A DNA stretch of 63,804 nucleotides, the filler included, from Olpidium bornovanus S191 (Eukaryota; Fungi; Olpidiomycota), in assembly GCA_017911155.1 (NCBI GenBank). It is 35 parts of 35 records of this genome, joined end to end, with 100 filler letters (N's around TTAATTAATTAA, not from the genome) between each part and the next. Parts side by side here need not be neighbours in the genome. Positions count along the whole stretch, not along the records: positions 59,374 to 60,865 come from JAEFCI010011988.1; positions 60,966 to 62,006 come from JAEFCI010009272.1; positions 62,107 to 63,804 come from JAEFCI010001648.1; 32 more parts are not named here. The stretch is one strand, 5' to 3'. The notes under the pieces are model-generated. The model did no database searches, was not told where the DNA came from, and was given only the letters and a program-made list of their open reading frames with translations. This document shows positions 59,274 to 63,804 of this stretch, one piece after another; the first letter of the stretch is position 1, and the number at the start of each line of letters is the position of its first letter. Made by a program: the position numbers and the translations under genes.

Positions 59274-60965
59274 NNNNNNNNNNNNNNNNNNNNNNNNNNN
59301 NNNNNNNNNNNNNNNNNTTAATTAATTAANNNNNNNNNNNNNNNNNNNNNNNNNNNNNNNNNNNNNNNNNNNNCGAATTGGTCCTTTCTTCTAGCCAAAC
59401 ATCAAACGTACATTAACGTGGTCTGAATTTCGTGTTTTGGAATCATCCGAAAATCCAGCGGGATCCGCCCGCTTCAAAAAATTATGCATACATGTACTTG
59501 GCGTGTTCTGAGGGGATGGCACGGTGCAGAAATAAGTCATCGCAGACGGCGAATTTCCGAATGTGAACGGCTTTAATAAAAAGAACAGCAGCAACGCTGA
59601 ATCACCTTTAGGAATTACGAGGCAGTGTCCTTTGGAAAGCGGGCCAATGTCCTATGGCGTGGGCGCCGCAACGTGAAATTCTGTTTCCATCGACTGTCCG
59701 TCGGCAGCCAGCCTTCATCCCCGGCAGCTGATGTCGTCTTCTGTTTGTCCGCAGCATCCGCGCGAACCTCCACGCACCATGAACGCATAACTGCGTGTTT
59801 TGACACGAGCGCGAGACAACGTTAGCAATTTCGTTGTTCACTCACTTCGCCGTAAAATCAAGAAAACTGCGCCAGCAAGTTGCTCTGGTTCACCTGAGTT
59901 CGGTTTCCAAAATCTTTGCAGAAGGGATGGTGCCCTGGGCAAGAGCGAAAAGAGGAATTTCAGCGCTGGGCCGACAGGTGCTGACAAGAAAACGGGCAGG
60001 CGCGGGGTGGTTCAAGCAGTTCCGTACGGCGGCACACCTTAATGATCTTGCAGAAAACGCAACCGGCCGCGCCCGAAGCCTGGTCGCCCGGAGTAGAAGG
60101 CAGTCGACGAAAGAAGCGCGGAGACGGTGAGAAAGAGTAAACAGCGGGCGCAGCGGCTTTTCACGGGGGCCAGCAAGAAATGCCCGCCCTCTGTCCCCCT
60201 CCGCGCTTCTCGTCGACGACCTCCGCACGGCGCTGAGCGCGCCCCTCACCATGGTCAGCGCAGCTCCTCTGCCGGGAACAGGGGGGGGAGGGGTAGGCGC
60301 GGTACGGGGACGCGGGGAAGAGTCTCGTCGGCGGCGTGCGCGAGTTGGGGAGCACAGCCTGGGGGGGTGTGGAGGGTGGGGGCGGGAGCGAAAAAACGCC
60401 GCGAAAAAATCCCCTCCCGGCCCGTACCGTCATCGTCATCGACACCGGTCGTCGGTCGCTCCCGCCAACGCCACGCTGCTTTGTTGCTGCCAAGCAGCCG
60501 CGCTGCATCAGTACCTTCGTTCAATGGACGACCGGACCCGACAAAGGTCATTATGGCCAGATTCCCGCCTGGCTCGCCGCTACTACGTCAGCAATGGGGC
60601 GCTGGGCACTGGGCTGCCGTGAAGCACGTCACGAAGGTCTTGCTGCTGGGTTCTGGGATGGGGAGCGCCAGGAAAGGTGTAATAATGAGATTTCATCCAC
60701 CGCTTCGCTCCTTGTCCTTCCGGGATTGCATCCTGAATCTAGCCCATGATCTCCTTCTCTTGTCGCAAAGTATTGTACTGTGCAGCCTTCTAGCTGCCTA
60801 ATGCTTCCTTCCCACCTTGGTTCGGGAGGCACCCCTATCCCGAATTCCCTCTGGGCCGGCGGCGANNNNNNNNNNNNNNNNNNNNNNNNNNNNNNNNNNN
60901 NNNNNNNNNTTAATTAATTAANNNNNNNNNNNNNNNNNNNNNNNNNNNNNNNNNNNNNNNNNNNN

Positions 60966-61528
60966 CGTGATTCGACGCCCGCACGGGCCTCGTCCATCTG
61001 CGCACGGGCCGAGTCCGCGAGGCTGGAGAACAGCTTGTCGGTGGCCTCCATGTGGACCTTCAGGCGGTCGGCGTAGGCACCGCCCCCCGCACCATCGAGC
61101 TGCGCGCCCTCGATCTTCTCGAAGATGGGGGCAATGCCGGTTTCGTACTGCTTGATCTCGTCCAGGGATTTGTCGATGGAGGCCACAAACTCTGCATCGC
61201 CCGACTGCACCTGACGCACCTCGGCCAGGCTCTTGCGCAAGGCAGCCAGGGTCTTGGCCCAGGACTCGCGCAGGGCAGAGACCTCGACCGAGTTGTTGAA
61301 ATTGATGATGATGTCTTTTTCGGTCCGGCGCAGGTCACCCAGGGTAGTGCGCAGGTCGGACATATCGGTCAGGGTTTGCACTCGCTGCGAAAACAGCTCT
61401 TGCAATGTGCCCCGGGTGCGGTCCAGGGCCACATAGCCCATGGCGCCAATGACGATCAGAAGAATCAGCGAAAAAACGGTTCCGAAGTAAAGACGTGTGC
61501 GGATAGAGAAGCGGCCGAGAGCATTCAT
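60966..61528 (-). CDS. Bacterial methyl-accepting chemotaxis protein, TM1 and four-helix-bundle sensor domain (3'-partial)
   Basis: MNALGRFSIRTRLYFGTVFSLILLIVIGAMGYVALD...; RBS-like AAGGAAG upstream; no introns. Confidence 0.92.
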
Positions 61529-61664
61529 GGCTCTTCCTTACATTTTTTAACAGATAACTCAGCATAGCAAATTTAGTGCCACACGCCCTTCCTCCCGGTC
61601 TTCTGAACCGGGGGTGGGCGGGACTATATGCCGGGCGGGGCTATCCACCGCACAGGGTAAGCAC

Positions 61665-61700
61665 GGCCCCGAGGCCCTGTTTCAGGGAATCCTCGGGGCC
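61665..61700. terminator. GC-rich hairpin downstream of thiC (terminator- or REP-like)
   Basis: GGCCCCGAGG-CCCTG-TTT-CAGGG-AAT-CCTCGGGGCC: 10-bp outer and 5-bp inner stems; no U-tract. Confidence 0.5.
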
Positions 61701-61725
61701 AGTAGCTGCGCTTATTGCACTGTTC

Positions 61726-62006
<281 letters not shown>

Positions 62007-62106
62007 NNNNNNNNNNNNNNNNNNNNNNNNNNNNNNNNNNNNNNNNNNNNTTAATTAATTAANNNNNNNNNNNNNNNNNNNNNNNNNNNNNNNNNNNNNN
62101 NNNNNN

Positions 62107-62755
62107 CCAAAGTGGATCAATACGCAACAATAGACGTCGGAATTGGGACCACCAGGCGTACTGTAGAAGCCCTGGTGGCACCCGTCAACTCCGACCTCCT
62201 GTTGGGACTACGCTGGCTGCGCCACGAAAATCCCGTGATCGATTGGACGGCGGGAACTGTCACAATCCGAGGCGAGACTCTTACCGCATACCCGGCATGG
62301 AAGCTCGGTCGCCGGAGTTCTCAGCGCACTTTACGCAGCAAATGGGTCTTTGCATACAAGCAGCACCCCGATGAATCGATGAAGCGTTTTAAGGCACGTT
62401 GGGTCGCCCAGGGTTGCCCCCAGCAATACGGGCGCGACTACACCGATACCACGTCACCGGTGATCAGCTCCGCGGCCTTACGCCTCTTCCTTGCGTACGC
62501 CCGCCACAAGGGATGGCGTACGCACCAGCGGGATGCGGTCTTAGCCTACCTGAATGGCAAGATAGACGTCGAAATCCAGCTCGAACAACCGGAGGGAATC
62601 AATGACGTCCATTTCCCGAGGAGAATATGTCGCCAAACTCCAACTGGCCCTCTCAGTCTCAAACAGTCCGGCCGAATTTGCTACCAGACCATCGACAGCC
62701 ATCTCACAGGCATGGGATTCGTCGCGCTGCCGACGGAACCCTGCTGGTACGTGCT
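62107..62755 (+). mobile_element. Mosaic retroelement ORF: gypsy-type protease C-terminus (about 62107-62280) in frame with copia-type RT (about 62320-62755)
   Basis: DLLLGLRWLRHENPVIDWTAGTV then SKWVFAYKQ...RFKARWVAQG.PQQYGRDYTDTTSPV...AYLNGKID...QPEG...LKQSGR...EPCWYV. Confidence 0.85.
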
Positions 62756-63401
62756 GTATCAGCATTTGGATCCGGACGACCTCGCCCAGCGAGGTGGGGA
62801 CACTCCTACGACTTCTATGACCAAAATTGGCATTCCGCCGAGCAGCAGGTTTTCAATTGTCGGCCTGCGCATCCTGCTGCAACAGCAGCGAGGCCGCTTA
62901 TGGTTCGTCTCTCCGCTTCTTGCCGTGCTCGCTCTGTTTCTTGCCGTGCTCGCGCTCCACTTCTTGCCGCACTTTTTCCCTTTGCAGTAGGACGGAGTCC
63001 ACGATTCTTTGGGAGTGCGCCGACTGTCTCGACGCTCGTGAGTTTCGCGAGAAGTTGGAGTTTCTGGAGTCACTGGACTCGCTGCGGGCACCGTCCATAG
63101 TGGCGTCCCGAGTTGGGGCCCTTCCTCTCTCGGCAGTCGCGTAGTAGGCACGCGCTTCATTTTCAGGTGCCCGAAAAGCTCCCGGCATGCCGTATGCATG
63201 CCGCCAATGCCCTTCGTCTAGCACTGCGCTCGCGCTGAGGCCGCTGGCCCCTTCCATGATTCCGCCGCGGACAGGCAAGAGACGGTTCTCTTCTTCGAGT
63301 TTTAAAGGCAGTCGGCGGTTTATGCTCATGCTTCCCCCCCTTTTTTGGTGTTTCGAGCGGGCACCGACGGACGGCTTTTTCTTGCGCGGGCACTTCGCGC
63401 A

Positions 63402-63512
63402 GTTGCCGATGGACGGCGTGAGGCGAGGGCGCTAACTTTTCGCGCGCGGTTGCCGACGGACGGCGTGAGGCAACGGCGCGAACTTTTCGGGCGCCGTTGC
63501 CGACGGACGGCG
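63402..63512 (+). repeat. 47-bp tandem repeat, about 2.4 copies, in the leader/ORF of the minus-strand copia element
   Basis: GTTGCCGAYGGACGGCG at 63402, 63449 and 63496. Confidence 0.85.
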
Positions 63513-63566
63513 GGAGCCTCTTCTTCCGGCGGTGAGCTTTTTCGTTCGTAGTCAGGGCTGTCCATT

Positions 63567-63804
63567 TGGGCTCATAACCTGTTGTAGTTCGAACGGCAGA
63601 CGGGGCTCCACGCGCCGAAGAGACGAGCGGGGCATGGGGCGTACGGGAGAACTTTTTATTGTTTTTGTTTTTGGGGCGATATAGCCCGATGGGCGTTGCC
63701 ACTGGGGGCATCGGTACGAATCGTCGACATGGAGAGTATTCGAACGCGGGAGAGGTTTTTGTTGAGATTGGAGGTCTCCGTCGAGATTTTAGTGGTATCC
63801 GGAG
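63567..63804 (-). mobile_element. Ty1/copia 5' LTR (3' part) plus half-tRNA-iMet PBS
   Basis: Minus strand: ...AATAAA...CTACAACA|GGTTATGAGCCCA (PBS 63579-63567), with an ATG at 63565. Confidence 0.8.

Noticed and set aside
62890-62990. Hydrophobic C-terminal tail of the mosaic retroelement ORF as an env-like TM segment
   Set aside because: It is the antisense reading of a Lys/Glu/Gln-rich minus-strand ORF, which generates Leu/Phe-rich text.

Overview
This is not a contiguous locus. It is 35 short contigs (about 1.0-3.5 kb) joined by 34 identical artificial 100-bp linkers (44 N + TTAATTAATTAA + 44 N), so adjacency across linkers is meaningless. All but one contig look like a GC-rich, intron-containing fungal genome full of long poly-G/C and poly-A/T tracts. 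Genes typical of flagellated eukaryotes (RJL GTPase, PPP1R36-like) suggest a zoosporic, early-diverging fungus; the style resembles Olpidium, but that is inference only. Recognisable genes, mostly partial: LRR protein, RJL GTPase, Nak1/Kic1-type Ste20 kinase, guanine deaminase, Mgr2/Romo1, OPT transporter, Snt1/N-CoR-like SANT protein, UNC-45 (two pieces on separate contigs), INO80-type subunit, MPP-alpha, DNMT2, a coiled-coil/ubiquitin-like protein, HEM2, PPP1R36-like, Vnx1-type cation/H+ exchanger, CTL transporter, and an intron-retaining LSM6 pseudogene. Transposon debris is abundant: hAT, Ty1/copia, Ty3/gypsy, a chromodomain and a LINE. One contig (60966-62006) is betaproteobacterial (thiC + MCP). 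Best leads: (1) a copia element whose primer site reads the inosine-edited 5' half of tRNA-Ile and whose integrase resembles a plant lineage; (2) a protein with an N-terminal LIR-like motif, long coiled coil and C-terminal Ubl domain; (3) one open reading frame joining a gypsy-type protease to a copia-type RT; (4) a strong excess of CATG at contig ends. I found no CRISPR array, rRNA or tRNA gene, and no multi-gene novel system that I can support, because the fragmentation removes gene-neighbourhood information. All family calls are from motif recognition by eye, not database searches.
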